DNA of 64,000 nt from Marsupella aquatica (GCA_973895155.1 OZ316893.1:3764490-3828489); one strand, 5' to 3'; counted from the stretch's first letter, positions 26,507 to 41,800 are shown. Program-made: numbers and translations. The notes: generated by a model not told the origin, from the letters alone.

Positions 26507-28317
26507 AGCAACAATCCCTGTATGTAAGACCATAAATACTTGCAGAGTGCACATGGAGCCAAGGATCTGGCAGGAGGAACCAGCAGAAACTGAAAATTTG
26601 GTTTATGTGTATTCTGAAAAACATTTATTCATTTTTGTAACGAGAAACACACACTAGGAAGCTTTTATGAAAAACATTTATTCAATTTTGAAACTAGAAA
26701 CACACAGTAGCAAGCTGGTCGTGCTCTTTAGATAGAGGACACTATATTCATTTTTGAAACCAAAACACACAGCAGTTAGATCGAGGACAGCTTATTCATT
26801 TCTGAAACCAAAAACACAGCAGGAGAGCTCTTTAGATAGAGGACAACTTCTTTCTAGCCACATGCAAGGTATTCATGTGACATTTTTGACATGTAACACC
26901 TATGTATGTTCTTAGGGAGGTTCTTACCAAGGATCTTTGTCTACATTTAGGTGCATTTGATCTCTCAATTAGAAAGACTTTGCCTAACTTTTAGGTCTTG
27001 GTTCTTTGCTCTCATCTTCATACTTTCACTGACAGCTCACTCTTAATATTTTTCAAGGTGGTTTTGGCATTATTTCTATTGAAAGAATAACATTTTTGGC
27101 CTTTTGGGGAACACAAGTAGCAACATTCTCATTGCTGGTCAATTGATTCCTTACTGAAAATACATCTTTTTTACTTTCACTTATGGAGGTCATAGAGGAG
27201 GATTTCCTAGCATTTCAGGTTTACCAGGCCAGGCAGGTTTATTTGCAAAGGGTGGGGTCATCACTGCCAAACTCCATTTGACCTGTATTACCTTCATTCA
27301 AGAGTATATGTTCTTGGACCTAATCTGTCTTCAGTCTGACCTAGGCAAGCATTCAATCTTCACCCTCCCTGGCATCTTCATCAAGGCATGTGTCAAAATT
27401 AAACAGAGCTCAAATTCTTTCTAGGAGAGAAGAGTATACAAAACCTTCAGGCTAACCCTACCATTGTTCATCTGTGGGTGTTCTGTGTATGGGGTTAGTC
27501 CATGTACTTCTTGTACAGTTACCTATGTCTTGCACATGTGGAGAGTCTTGTGATGGCACAAGTGTCCATCTTTTTTGGTACAATATTGGTGGCGAGACCA
27601 TAGTTGTTCATGATGCTCTGAAGGATGCTATTGCTTATGTTCTCTTGGGGACCTTCTTACACATGCACCAGGAGGTGGTGCTCAATTCACTCAAAAATAA
27701 AATCTAGATCGTAATATGCATGGAAAGTGTTCACTTGGCTTGCAAGAATGGGGGCATGGTGTCCATGGGGATGATTGGGCAAAATAAAACTCTGGGTCCA
27801 TCAGGGATTTGTCACCCTTTCTATCTTCTATTTGTCAAAAACTCGCTTAATTCAGAAAAATTGAAGCCCGAATGGACCACAATGTTCCTGTGTACCACAT
27901 TTTGGTATGAAGATGGGAATTTTGGGCTTATAACCTGATGATTGTGAGTTTTAAAATAATTTATTACTATCTACAAGGTAATTAGAGAAGGAGGAGACAG
28001 AAAAAAACATAAGCCCTCCTGTTTCATATTAACACAACAAAAATTAATCTAATAAAACTTACCCCTATGCCTTACATGATAAATAACTCAACCAAAATGA
28101 CCAAACATTCACTGGCACACTTTGATTCATAGTGCAGCTTACCTGCTCCTCTAGCATATCCTCAAAACTGATTTTTTTTGGTTGGAGTTTATGAGCATCA
28201 AGTTTTTACAATTAAACTCAATTTTGGGAAATGTGGTCCATGGAGCATCATATTCTACTCCATACCTAATGGAATATTGACAAGTAGGAGATATAAAGGA
28301 GTATTAAGGGAATATTA

Positions 28318-29339
28318 GAGGGGTTTGCTTAATGAACCCTCTCCTGGAAAAGTTTTGCTTAATCAGCCCTCTCAAAACTTTGATGCCCCAATCAACCATT
28401 TAAATGGCCCTATACTTCGTCGCACATGATATGCCCTATACTTCGTCGCACATGATATGCCACTTCCATGGAAGTGACCCCCCCGAGTTTTCGCGCTGAC
28501 ATAGTTCCTTAGGAATTGAAGACATTGAGGTTTGTGTATTCAAAAACAATCCTATTTTAGGGCGTACAACATCGGGATGTGCTTTAGGGTGAAGGGCCAG
28601 TGTCGTCCTTTGCCGCTCAGGGGTAGGATCAACGTTTCTTTTGTGATTTTACGGAGGTTTTGGGCAAACACATCGTCTGCTGTTGGCAGTGAACACAAAA
28701 TCTGCATGGCTTAGTGAAATGAAGGTAGTGGCAATCAGTCCTCAATGAGGCCTTCTATTGTTTACCATGACCAACGCAAGAACGATAGGCCCAAGTTACA
28801 CTAGAAGGCCTCATTTGGGATTGATTGCCACAACCCTCATTCCACTAAGATCTGCAAATTTTGTGCTTGCCAACAACAAATGATGCACGTGCCCAAAACC
28901 TCCGTAAACCCACAAAAGGACGTCAGTCTTACCCCTGAGCAGCAAAAGATGACACTAGCATTTCACCCTAAAGTGCATCCTGATATTGTGTGCCCTAAAA
29001 CAAATTTATTTTTTAATACACAAACATCAATTTCTTCAATTTCTAAGGAACCATGTCAGTGCGAGAACAGGAAACTGTATTACCATGGCCCTACAACATG
29101 CGGAGTGACATGGTCAATTAGAGGAGACAACCGTGTGTGTCGGCATGGTAAGGCAGAGACCCTAAACTGTATATGTTTGCCTTTTAGATGTTGAACATTC
29201 AATACAAGTCATAAAGAGGGGGTGGATTGGGGCATAAAAGTTTGGAGAGGGCAAGAGGGGGTGGATTGGGGCATAAAAGTTTGGAGAGGGCTGATTAAGC
29301 AAAACTTTTCCAGGAGAGGGTCAATTAAGCAAATCCCTC
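28318..29339. mobile_element. ~1.02-kb foldback, non-autonomous Mutator-like element
   Basis: Terminal arms GAGGGGTTTGCTTAAT..CCCTCTCCTGGAAAAGTTTTGCTTAATCAGCCCTCTC and their reverse complement; inner arms ~28495-28758 vs ~28802-29060. Flanks GGAATATTA / GTACTATTA form a degenerate 9-bp TSD (7/9). Confidence 0.85.
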
Positions 29340-30009
29340 GTACTATTACTAGGTCTTCATTTGCAATGTGCTGAATGGAAGGAAAACATTATGGTCATGA
29401 AATCTAAGGCTACTTTGATAATCTACCACAAAAAGCAATAGGTGTCCAGACGTTGAGTGGCTTAATATTATCAAGGGCGACAGGGTTGACCCATGCCCTC
29501 AATATCTATGTGATGTTTGTCCAGATTCTGGCCATCAAGCATATGAGCATATGAGCTGCCATAGCTTCCTCACCCTTGGCAAATTTACTCAATTCCTTAC
29601 CCTTAACGTCCGTCTTTTTGCCTGGCCATCTCAGTGATGCTCAATAGCAGAGCCACTCGATGTCACTTACTTTCGGCAATACTCCAACGAATGGGCTTTG
29701 GGCTAATTTTTAGAATATGCAGACAATTGGAAGGCTACCTTCAAGCCCTCTGGTCCTCTTCCTCTTCACCTAGGCCACAATTACTCGTCATTTTGATGTC
29801 TGCGATGATCTTCACTCTCAACTGGGGAATTCTTTACTTGAAATTCCCCAGTCTAGCGATGCTAATCAATAGTAACCAGATTGCAAATTTATAATTTGGA
29901 GATGAATGTATCCATTGTCTAGACAGTATGCACAATACAATACACCCTGTGACGTGGATTAGTATGAATGGTATAGTACAAGTTGAAATGAACAATAGTG
30001 TACACAAAT

Positions 30010-31812
30010 TCAGTTCTTCAACCCAAAGTTGGAGGACAAAGCCTCCTTCGCTACGTGATTTCCCTTGATGACTGCTAAATGATGCCACTCAATGGGAGCT
30101 GGGTATCGCAGAGGGTGGGCCTCATCAATGAGAGAGGGAGGGATGCAGACGTCGTAATCTGCTGCCGGACTGAAGGGAAACACTATGGAGAGACGCTCAG
30201 ACGTCTCATTCACCAAGGCTCTGTGGAGGACGCTCGAAAATCTGCCATTACTCCATGCCTGCAGCACACGAGGGCAAACTTTGAGCATTCAGCTTTCCTT
30301 TCCGTAGCAGTAGACATTTCTTTCTGAAGTCTCTGTGAGTACTTGATTTTGATGAGAGTTGTTTAGAAAGACTTGCCTGATTGAAGATTTATGGAATGGG
30401 AAGATTCTAGTGACTTGATTTCAATGGAGATGAATTCTAAACAGAGAATTGAGGTAATTTGAACCAATACCTGTAAACAATCGCCAATATTGACCAGAAA
30501 AGATCCCTCCAACGGTTGGACGTCGTACCAGTAGCCCTTGTTCTTTAATTGGAAGCCACCAACATCATCTTGCTTCACTATGGTTATGCCACACGGATCT
30601 GTGTGGGGGCCCAAACCCATCACTTGTGACGGCTGCGGACAGCTCGGGTAGTGGTTGAATCGCCAATGGGCTTGATATCTTGTCGAGTCACTGAAGTGTT
30701 GAGAGAAAACATCAGGGCTGAGGTCTAAGCTTTCTGCTAGAAGTTCCAGGATTTGTCTTCCCAACTTCACCAGTGCCTTGGAATACTCGTCTGCAGCCTC
30801 GCTGTAACACCCCAAGAGTTGAAAGACCAGTTAGATTACAATTTTTTGTAATTAGTAATGTATCACTGGAGTACTCTGCTGTTCTAACAGCTGTTGAAGC
30901 AGAAACATCGGAAGAGCTCGATCGGCAAACGTGGGAAAGAAATTGGGCGGTCCACATGTGCTATACAGCAAACGCATTGCTTAGAGCTTTTCGACATGTG
31001 ATCTAGGTTACTACTCAACCGCAGAAGATGGGACACTATCACAGTACCCCATGAGTTTTGTAGACACAAGTTTAGACGGAATAGAGGAGTCCTGTACTAG
31101 TGTCCTGGCTAACTCACTCAACGGATAAGGCTGTGAGAGTGGGAAAAGAACCCAATATAGAGTTCATGAGAATATGGTTTCTATTGTATGGCATAGTCAC
31201 CGCGGATAAAGGAAATTAATCAACAATCCAATCACACAATTCTGTAAGGTAAAGTGAATTGAGAGCCACACAGAATTCCCAGACTTACCAGAACTTGGGG
31301 TCACCTACGCCAGGATGGATTTTGTTCAACAGACCCTCCACTCCGTTGATAGGGTGGTAGCACTCGCCAACGTACTCCAGCCACGGAACTCTCGCAGTGA
31401 GATGCTGGAACCTCCCTCCATACCCGTGGTAGTACGTATGCTTCCCGGGGTCCGTCTCCACACCTCGTTCTTTCACCTCCAGGGCCAAGTTGTTGAAGAA
31501 CCGCCTCCCATGCTCCTCCATCTTGGCAATACTCACCTCTGGAACCCCATGGTTGATCACCTGGAAGAAACCCCAGCTCTCAGCCGCTCTGCCCACCTCC
31601 GTTACCAGCTTCTTTCTCTCAACCTCGCTTCCTGAGGTCAGAATAGAGAAGTCGAGAATTGGCAGAGTATCATCTGCTTTCTCCGCTTGATCGTTTGACT
31701 TTGTGGACACAGCGTCTCTCAAGTCTGTGTCGAGCCACTGGTAGCGCCGTGGCACCTCCTCTTTCAAATCTCTCACGTGTATTTGTGCCTCCACAGTAGC
31801 CGGAGGAGCCAT
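30010..31812 (-). CDS. 2-oxoglutarate/Fe(II)-dependent dioxygenase, DOXC class (exons 31812-31289, 30801-30471, 30258-30010)
   Basis: LPILDFS, WGFFQVINHGV, NHYPSCPQP, HTD, NIGDCLQ|AWSNGRFSSVLHR, RLS; HxD..H triad and RxS motif present. Confidence 0.94.
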
Positions 31813-34800
31813 GCTCGTAAGTTGAAACGTTCAACGAATCTCAAACCAAAATCAACGGCGATTGTAAAATCTTGGAAAAATGAAGATAATTACAAATTCT
31901 CGCGTTCTCAGGAATTCGATTGTGAGGAATCAGTAGATTGAGCTGAAGGATCCTTGCCCAATATTGGCCCCTGAAAAATTGACAATTCAGATCAATCACA
32001 AGCTTACAATATATGGAGTGGTACCCCGAATGGTACCTAAATTGTGTCATGACAATTGTCCCAATTGAAGGACTGGACTCCACAACTGAAACGTGACTGG
32101 ACATGGAGGCGGGTGGACTCAAGGGGTGGATGGGCATTTTCGAGGTATCGAAGAATGACACACCATCACCAAATTCCACTGCCGAACTTCATAGAAAAGT
32201 ATGCTAGATCACCTCCTTTGCTTCACATCAGACTCCAAGGACTACCTTGGCGACTGATTAAAGTTTTCATCGTACAGCATGCTGCCGGGGGCATTTCTCC
32301 CCTCCAAGTTTTTGATCTTTGAAAGACTGAGACCTGATTCTATAATTCTAGGATAATTCTTCTTCTTTTTGGTAGGCGAGGACATCTACTGACTATCTCT
32401 CAACTGAAAGATAACCATCCAAATCAGATATATTAGGATAACATTGAGATGTCAGGCTAGAAAGCAAAGAACAAGCCCGAGAACATGACTGGACTGAATG
32501 CAATAATTAGAATAGTAGCCCTGGAGTTAGGCAAGATCAGAACAGTGGATCGAGACTCATTCATCCACATTAGGATAACATTGGGATCATGTCAGGCGCG
32601 GCTAGACAGTAATGAACAAGACTGGATAGAATGCATTAGAACAGGAGCCGTGGAGGCAAGACTTGTCTACAGAACCGTGGAGATTCACTAACATTTGGAA
32701 ATTAACATCGAGATGTAGGGCTCGACAGCAATGGTCAAGAGCGTACTCAATGCAGTAGAATAGTAGCAGCTAGCCGTGGAGGCAAGACCAGAAGTGTCGA
32801 GATAGATGATAATATTTTAGTTGATCGGCATGCTAGGCAAGCTACAAAACGGAGAAATTCTAGTTCATTGGTCACATACGGAATACATTCCTCGAGCACT
32901 GAACACCAAACCGTACCCTGACGATTGACTCAGCGACAAGAAAGGACATATATCCGCCATTCAGTAAGTAAAGGATGAGAAACCATGAAGGAGTACAAGA
33001 GACAAAAGACCAATCTCTCAATAGTGGTCCAAATGAAGGATGGACGCATCATGCAACGAGAGTTCTTCGTACCGAATCGTACTCGTCCGGACACCGTTTG
33101 AAAGCGTGACCTTGATTATGAGCTCTGGTGCCTATTCGTACTTTTCCCGGATACGCTTGTCATGAAAGTCAGAACGTCAGAACCCCCTGTCCTGAAATGT
33201 ATCCAATTCAGTCCTGGAAATGTATCCAATCCGTCCTTCATACCCTACCCACACAGTACGGGATGCTTGCTTCTTCAATTCTGCTGCTTCAGCTTCTTCT
33301 ACTACTGCAAAGATGCTCGGCCAGACTCAGTTTGGTTAATTTCTTACAACACACTCTCGCTCTCTCCACCACAACTTAAATAGGTGCGGAGCGCTTTTAT
33401 GAGAAAATGGGAATCCAAATCAATCATCCCAAAACCAAAAGCCGGCGTTAACCACTTTCACAGGTCAAAAGAGCCTACATAGAAGAGGAGAAAACGAGAC
33501 AGTATTGTAATGTACCTATAAACACAACGTGGGAATATGATTGGGTTGCGACTGAGAGGTCCTCCAACGTACTAGTGGACAATGGATAGTCGTCAGCAGG
33601 TCTCGTGGAGTGGAGAAGGCAGCAAATCGGCCACCGGTTTCTCTCAATCAGGATGTCATCTAAAATTCGATGCTCTATTATTTTGTGCTTGCTGCGGTAT
33701 TGCGGTTGTTTCCACAGATTAGTGAGCAATTTATTAATCTGTTTTGTACAAGAGCAGATCACTAATCACTCCTCTGTGTCACGTGCGAAATGTGCACGAC
33801 TAAGGAAATGTCATCACTTTACCGTCATAGGCGCATCACACGCTTCGACTTTTTCTGCTGGTTTCATTTTTATGCGTGTTACTTGTGAGGTTGACGAGTC
33901 TTTTCACTTTAACTTTGAGTTGGACTTTAGTTCCTTTGTCGTTCTTTGTGACTCTCCTGCTTTTTGGCCCTTCTCTAATCCTGTCTCCTGCCTTTGCGAT
34001 CTTGCCTCCCCATTTTTTCTTTGTCTGTGACATATATATATTTTGAGATTTTGGCTCCCTACTTATTCTGTGGTGCTGTGGTATATATTTTGGGATCTTG
34101 ACTCCCATGCATTCTTTGACAAAGAGATATATAAGACTTCATACCAAAGGGCAGAAACAAGAGAAAATCCTGTGTATTTCGCGATCTTGCCTTCCCATGT
34201 ATGTATTCTTTGAAAGACTGTGATATATAAGAACTTGGTACCAAAGGGCAGAAACAAGAGAAAAAACTCAAGAAGACCAAAGAGCCAAATAAGCCTGAGA
34301 GTCTTCAACAAAGTCTGGCTAGCCTAGATTCAATTAGAGCCATCAGATTTTGTAATAGGCCCTGTAGCTTGAAGTGAGACTGACTTGATACCAAAGGGAG
34401 AAACGAGAGAAAACTTCAAGAAGACCAAAGAGCCAATAAGCCTGGGAGTCTTGGATTAACATACTATGGCTAGTCTAGATTCAAGGAGAGCCATCAGATT
34501 TTGGCTAGTAGGCCCTGTAGCTTGATGTGAGACTCCAATGAAACCCAAAACGCTGCATATTTTTGCCAAAAGTGGCTAAGATTTCTGGAAGAGGTGGAAT
34601 ATGGTCTCTACACGAGCTGACCAGCCAGTGTTATACCAACACCCACTACAAAGGAAAACGTCTTCCCTCAATTAGCCATAAAGATTATACCACATCTATT
34701 GGTTCTCCTTTTAGATCTAGGAAATCTGAATGGCTCACATGTATGCATCAGAATTTTTAAGAAGTTATTCCTAGCAAAGGAGAGAAGTCCCACTCACTCC

Positions 34801-35912
34801 TTTGCCAAAATGAGGAAAAAAGGCTGGAACTGGCTCTAGAGACTTTGCACTGTTTGATAAGTCTGCAACTCTTATCCGTCTCTTATCTTTTGTAAGTGGG
34901 TAAAGCCAAACTACATTAAATAGACGATATGCTTTAGTTTAGTCCCTAGCAAATTGATGTTGTTGCTTTTTCATTTTATAGATGAAAAGGGGTTGTTTTT
35001 AAAGGGAGTCGTAATAGCTCAGATTGAATCTCAAATAATTCCGTGTGAAAGTAGAGCTGGTTTTTAGTTCAAATCCTCTTAGTTGAAAAGGATTTTCTGA
35101 CATCCAATGCAAAGCTGACGAATCCTATCTGAGAAAACGAACCGTATCCTAGTAAAAGATATGAGACGGGGATCCCATGTGATCTCATAGCTTTTCATAC
35201 ACCTCTTTTCTCCCCTTTATTGGGTGTCCTGCCTTTGAGATAGTGTTTCCAGGTTTCTCACATTTTGTTTCGTGACAGTGTGAAACATCACTTCATCCTT
35301 GGTTTTTTTTTAAATTATGCTATTATAATTATTACCTGTGATTTATAAATATGTGTTATGTAAGCTTCAATGGGATCTCAATCCTAATTTTTGGCTTTGA
35401 GGGAATTCGTAAGCTTGCATAGGATCTCCATAAACATGCATGTTGAAGAGGATAGCACAGACTGAGGAACAGAGCTTCATTTTCCATGAAGAGCATGTTA
35501 GGATCTCATCCAAGCTGATGAGTTTTTTTATGAGATCCCATCTGAGCTTCTAACCCCAAATGCAGGAATTTAAGGGTGGTTTGAGACAAATAGGCTATTG
35601 TTTAGCGGGAATTGCTTAGAAAACAACATTGTTACAGGAACTCCAATATGTTGGTTTTTTCCTGGCATCTTTTTTCTTTTCTTTCCTTTTGCAGCTGATG
35701 GACAGACTGGGAAAAACGTGGGTTCTATGTGTGTGTATGTGGGGTGGGCCCGTGTAGTGGTGGGAGTCCTGGTTTCTCCTCAGCCCCAGGCTAGCCCGCT
35801 TTGGGGTCCTGGTTCAACCCTCTCTCCCTCCTGGTCTGGGTCCATGTCAGATCCGTGGGTATTGTCCCCCCTTGTGGGCTAACCTACTTCGGTGCATGCT
35901 CCAAAGTAGAAC

Positions 35913-36146
35913 ATCTATCCTCACTTGGATGGGTCTTCTTTAGATTTTCCAAGGCAAAAAAAGAAAAAAGAACGTGGGTTCTACTACCTCTATTTATTGG
36001 GGCTCCTGCCTTTATAGAATGAGAAGAACGTATCCTCTCTTGGATGGGTCTTCTTTAGACTTTCCAAGGCCAAAAAAGAAAAAAGAACGTGGGTTCTACT
36101 ACCTCTATTTATTGGGGCTCCTGCCTTTATAGAATGAGAAGAACGT
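35913..36146. repeat. ~120-bp tandem duplication
   Basis: tatcctc.cttggatgggtcttctttaga...gaatgagaagaacgt occurs twice. Confidence 0.88.
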
Positions 36147-38837
36147 GGGTAGGAAAGAAAGTGGGTTCTAAAAGTATGTGAATGTTCCATAAATGTTTAT
36201 TTTAGTGACACTAGGCGTTGACCTGGCTGGTAGGATGCAGGTGATGTCACAATAATTATATACTGAACAGCACGTGGAGTCCAAGCAACTGTATTGTATT
36301 AATAAAGTTACAAATCTTGGGCTAAGGCCCCATCCAACATTTGAACCTGTCACAGATTCCATTTGTCCGATCACCTTGCAGACATTATTGATGCTAGACA
36401 ACGACAATTCAATGTACATCCACCAGTTCGATTTCCCAAGCAGCCAAAAGATTACACAAGAGAGTACATCTTAGAACGCTTGGTGCTCAAGAGGTTCATG
36501 ATGGTGTGGCTATTCGAAGACATTGATTCTTGATCTGCTACAGAAAACATCAGCACTCTATCAGCAGTTTTGTCCTCGAAACCATTTGTGCTGTGCATAA
36601 CGAGCTCGAATGGTTGAAGGCCAGTTAGCCCAAGCGACCTGGGGAGATCACCTCCTACTTCTAGGACGGGTGAAGGGACGTTGAATGGGCAAGCAAGCAA
36701 GGTCTTCGAAAACTATCATCGACGACATCCTACAACCTCGCCTTCATTTGATTGAAATCTCGGAAGTTTTCTAGGGGAGACCCCGAATGAATCAAAAATC
36801 TCTGGGCCCTGGTTTATGGGTTTTGGCTGGCTTGTGTAAAGTAAAGCGATTTTCGAGCTGTTTGAAGAGCCACGATGAAAGGTTCCCATATTTAAGATTT
36901 TTCAAGCGCAGAGGGGTGGTTACTGGATTTGAAAGTCACTTCAGTGGAGAAGACCAAGGGGGTGGTTACTGGATTTGAAAGCCACTTCAGTGGAGAAGAC
37001 CAAGCGTTTGTAGTTCACCTGAACACTTTGGCGGCGAAGACCAAGAGCTTGTCCTCCACCTTTTTACACGAAAACCCGGTGTCTCGAACACTACAAAGGA
37101 GCAAAAAGAGCAGCTCGTATTTTAAAGGAAAAACTTAGTGGTAACCGTAGGTTCCTCCCCTGCTCCGCATGTGTCTGGGTGATTGAGCCACCCATTCTTC
37201 TGTTAAGCATTTGGCCAGTATCCTCCTATAGCGCTTTACTGGTCCGTAAAATGTGCTTTCCAAGAAAAGTGAAATTACTGGTAACCAAGCTCTATCTGGG
37301 TGCGTCATTGTGACGTTTGATGGAAATTCGTGCTGATAATTTGATAAACAAACTACAGTAGCTGCTTGTCAGGACACTGCATCACATCATGTTTGCTGGT
37401 GTCTCGATAACTTGTGAAATCAAGGATACTCAGGTAATGTGCAGATTCAATAATGAAACGTTAGATACCAGAGAAACATAATGACCGTAACGACGTGTGC
37501 ACAGAGCCCTCGGCCTCTCAAATATTGCGAACCTAGCCCTTCTAAGACTTGCTCCTATCCAGCCGCAAAGTACTCAATGACGAGATTTCCAACACTGAGG
37601 CAATTTAACCAACGTTCCAACTTTCCAGAATGAAGTCAGTGAATCATCGTGAAGCAGCGATTGCAGGGAGAACTTTGGTTGAGGCGTATGCTTCCAGGTT
37701 CGACAAAGGGCCAAGAGTCAGATGTGAGATTTTCCTTCAGATTTCAAGTTGATCCATAAAAACCTCAATACTCGCGTAGACAAGAAACAATATCCAGAAA
37801 TCAGCTTTCCCAGGCAGTCCAGACCATCGAAGCACGAATTAATCTCAATGAGGCCAGCACGCACACAAGAAACTCGTCGAACTAGCAGAATCTCTTACCG
37901 ACAACTGGGATCTGTGCAGTGATGCCTTTGTCCGCCTTGGTGATGATGACACATCGTTTACATAAAGTGGATATCTCTTTGTGCCTTTCCACCAGTGAAT
38001 CTGTGGCTCTACACGCCAGATCATTCTCGATCGAGTTTTCCGCTGTAAAGAATAAAAATTCTCTCCGCTTAGAAGTTCTCAATGCGTCAAATCTACCATC
38101 AGTGTCTTGCCTCCACGCACCTACAGAATCTCCTCCCGTTATCACTTTGGCAGTACAGCTGCAAATAACACTCGGCAATGCCGGGAACTGCTTCTCTATC
38201 CAAGTCCCGTCCGTATGAGATTCGCAATCTGGGTGATGGCCCAATGCATCTTTTAAAGCTTTCTAATTTTATTTGTGCAGCATAGATGCTACTAAGCAGC
38301 AAGCATTGACAAAAAAAATGGTTTTCCCCGTCAATCCCCTCTATTATGTCAGCATGTGGTCTCCATTATGCATTAGGGATCCTTTTCTAAGAGAATCCCC
38401 AGTCTTGCTGTGGGGACGGCACCTGGACACGAGTCCAATCAGTGAAACTTCAAAAGTTTTCTCTAACAGACCTTCAGCATTCTAACGCAAGGTCTTCCCT
38501 AGGGAGCGGCTCATATTATTCTTCCTTGAAGAGTCTCTGCTTTGGGCTCCTCTGCCTACATCCCCGACAAGGAACAGTTTTCTGAATCCTCGTTACATGC
38601 TTTATCACGCAACTACTCGTTAACAATGCGAGGAGAACAATGTAAGGGTCATCCTACTCTGAGAGAATTGCGAAATGTAGATTTGAACCACAAAATGAGC
38701 CACCCGGTATTAACTAAATTGCAGGATAGATCAAATAAAAATCTTGTGGTGCATCTACATATTTACACTACATCAAAACTTACGCTGCAATACTTTCAGG
38801 GACAAGTTGTTCCTAGTTTGCCCAAGTATTGCAATCT

Positions 38838-41800
38838 TTACTGTTGCCTGGTTTGGCTTTTAGGAAGAAAATCATATTTGCGGAATGGCAAATTGATCGT
38901 ACGACCTTTCAAACGTCTCGACAAGAGCTTCAGCATTTCATCTACCAGAATCACGGGAAAGGAGAACCAAAATACAGCTTTCCAGTCTGACCAACTCAGT
39001 GGCGCCACTGAAAATATCAGCGCGAGAGGATGAATATAGAGAATGCTGAATTGCAATAACATGGACACCGAAATGGCAGCAACCAACCACATATTACTCC
39101 ACGGATGTAGAACCAGTAGGCTCTGATTTTCGCTCAGATTGTTAAGCGCATTGAACATCTCCACCACGACAAGAACGGTCATGGAGATAGTGGATGGATG
39201 CCGGTCCTGAAATATGCTGCAGGAGAACCTAGACTCACCTTCGACACAGCTGTCAAAGGAAACCAGTTCCGACCACGTCAATCTGGGGCCATCTTGGCTG
39301 TATAGAAACCACCAAGCAAAGCCACCGACCGTTGCCAGGCCAACGTATGCCCCTATGACAATGTACCGGAAGAACAACCAACCGTTAACAATAGCTTCGT
39401 CCATCTTTCGTGGGTGAGTCATCATGACGTCATGATCCTGCTTGTTGAAACCTAGTGCCGTGGCAGGTAGACCATCAGTAACCAAATTCACCCAAAGTAG
39501 TTGCACAGGGAGAAGTGTCTCCGGCATTCCCACAGCTGCAGCCAGGAAAATGCACACAACTTCTCCAATGTTCGAAGACACCATATATCGGATGAATTGC
39601 TTAGTATTGTTAAATATAGCTCTTCCTTCAGCAACTGCCGCAACAATGGTCGAAAAGTTGTCATCAGCCAAGACGATGTCTGAAGCCCCCTTCGCCACAG
39701 CAGTGCCAGATCCCATTGCAATGCCAATATTTGCCTTTTTTAAGGCAGGAGCATCATTGACCCCATCACCAGTCATGGCCACCACCTCACTCTGATGTTG
39801 TAATGCTTCGACCAGCATAGTTTTGTGAGCTGGTTCAACCCGAGAGAGAAGGGCAAGTTTCCTGATTGCTATTTGTTGCTGCAATGGGGCCAGCTCGTCA
39901 AATTCTGAGGCCGTGTATGATCTCCCCGTCAAATCGTCAAGTGGATCAAATAAACCAATAAGACGGCACACCGACTCCGCTGTTGCCTTGTTATCACCAG
40001 TGATAACTATCACTCGAATTCCTGCTAGCCTGCAAGTTGCAATAGCCCTTTTAACCTCCTCGCGTGGGGGATCCAGCATTCCAACTACTCCCACAAAGGT
40101 GAGGTTGCGCTCATCTTCAGGAGTCAATTTTTGGAGCCCCATGGGGATCGGCCGCAGTGCCAGAGCCAAGCATCTCAGAGTGTCCTTTTGCCCATAATTG
40201 CAAATTCGTTCTTCCAACTCCTCCCTAATTTCTGCCGTCATTGGAGCAGCTGAACCATCATCATTGCAGAGGACACTTGTACATCTGGCAAGTATGCTCT
40301 CGGGAGCACCCTTGCAAAAGAGGATTTCTTGCTGCTTCCGAGAGCAAAGAACACTCATCATTTTCCGGTCCCGAGAGAATTCTAACGCTGCAACTTTCTT
40401 AAATTGCTCCTCCCAGTAGTGGTTGCAATACGACACTCTTTCCTGCTTGCCAAGCATTGTGAGAGCTGAAGGCATCGAATCAAATCCCGGTAAACCAACC
40501 TTTTCCACCAAAACTCTCAAAGCCACCTCGGTTGACTCACCGATCTTGTCATAGGTGGCCTTTTCTGAGTTGTACTGAACTGTACAATCATTGCAAAGTG
40601 CAGCACACATTGAGAGATGCAGCAAGCAAGGCAAGTCAGCCGGATGCTCCAGCTGAACACCGGCAGAATCCAGAATGATGCCATTAGGAGCATAAGTTGT
40701 GCCTGTCACGTCATATTCAACGCTGATTGGTCCATGATGTGCAGAGCGCACAACACACACCTTGGAGATTGACATCATATTTGTGGTGAGGGTACCGGTC
40801 TTGTCACTACATATGACACTGGTGCATCCAAGCGTCTCCACTGAGGGTAAAGATCGCACAATAGCATTCAACTTTGCCATCCTTTTTGTGCCCAGAGCCA
40901 AACAGGTTGTGACAACAGCAGGAAGCCCTTCTGGTATGGCGGCAACAGCTAATGCAACAGCTATCTTAAAGTAATAGATTGCCCCTCGCAAAATTCCTCC
41001 ATGTGCCGGATCTCGAAAATGGCCAATATTAACGACCCAAACGAGAATACATACCACAGCAATCACCTTCGAGAGAAAAGCTCCAAACTCGTCAAGCTTC
41101 TTCTTCAGTGGAGAAATCTCCTCAACGGCTTCGGACATAGCATGATGGATTGTTCCCATGGCAGTTTTCCCCCCAATTCCAACCACAATAGCTCGAGCGC
41201 GCCCAGCTGTCACCACCGTTCCAGAAAACAGAATGTTTGTCTTATCCTGGTAGACTACTTTATGTGCCATGGTCTCCTCTACGCCCTTGCTAACAGAGCA
41301 GCTCTCTCCAGTCAGAATAGCCTGATCAACTCTCAGCTCCGAACTCAAAATTTCAATCAGCCGCATATCCGCAGGGATCTGGCCACCCACAGTAACCTCC
41401 GCAATGTCTCCAGGAACGAGCTGTGCTGCCGGTAAGATGGACCATAACCCATTCCTGAGCACGGTGGCCACATCCGCCTGGTAGGCCTTCAATTCCTGCA
41501 GAGCTTTTTCCGCATTCGTCTCCGTGATCACCCCCACCGCTGCATTGGCAGCGAGAATGAGAAATATGACACTCGGCTCAACAATCGCCGTAAACCCGGT
41601 GTCCCCATTGACAAGGGCAAGAATGAACGACACCACAGCAGCCGCGATGAGAATTTTCACGAGCAAATCGTCGAACTGCTTCAGCACCAGCTTCCAGAAA
41701 GGTTTCCCAATCTCCACCGGCAGCGCATTTTGCCCATAAATCGCCTGACTTTCTGCCACTCGCTCATCACTCAGCCCAACGTTTGGATCCACCCGAAAGA

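Noticed and set aside
37882-38244. 120-aa minus-strand ORF downstream of ECA3
   Set aside because: No recognisable domain or supporting splice structure.
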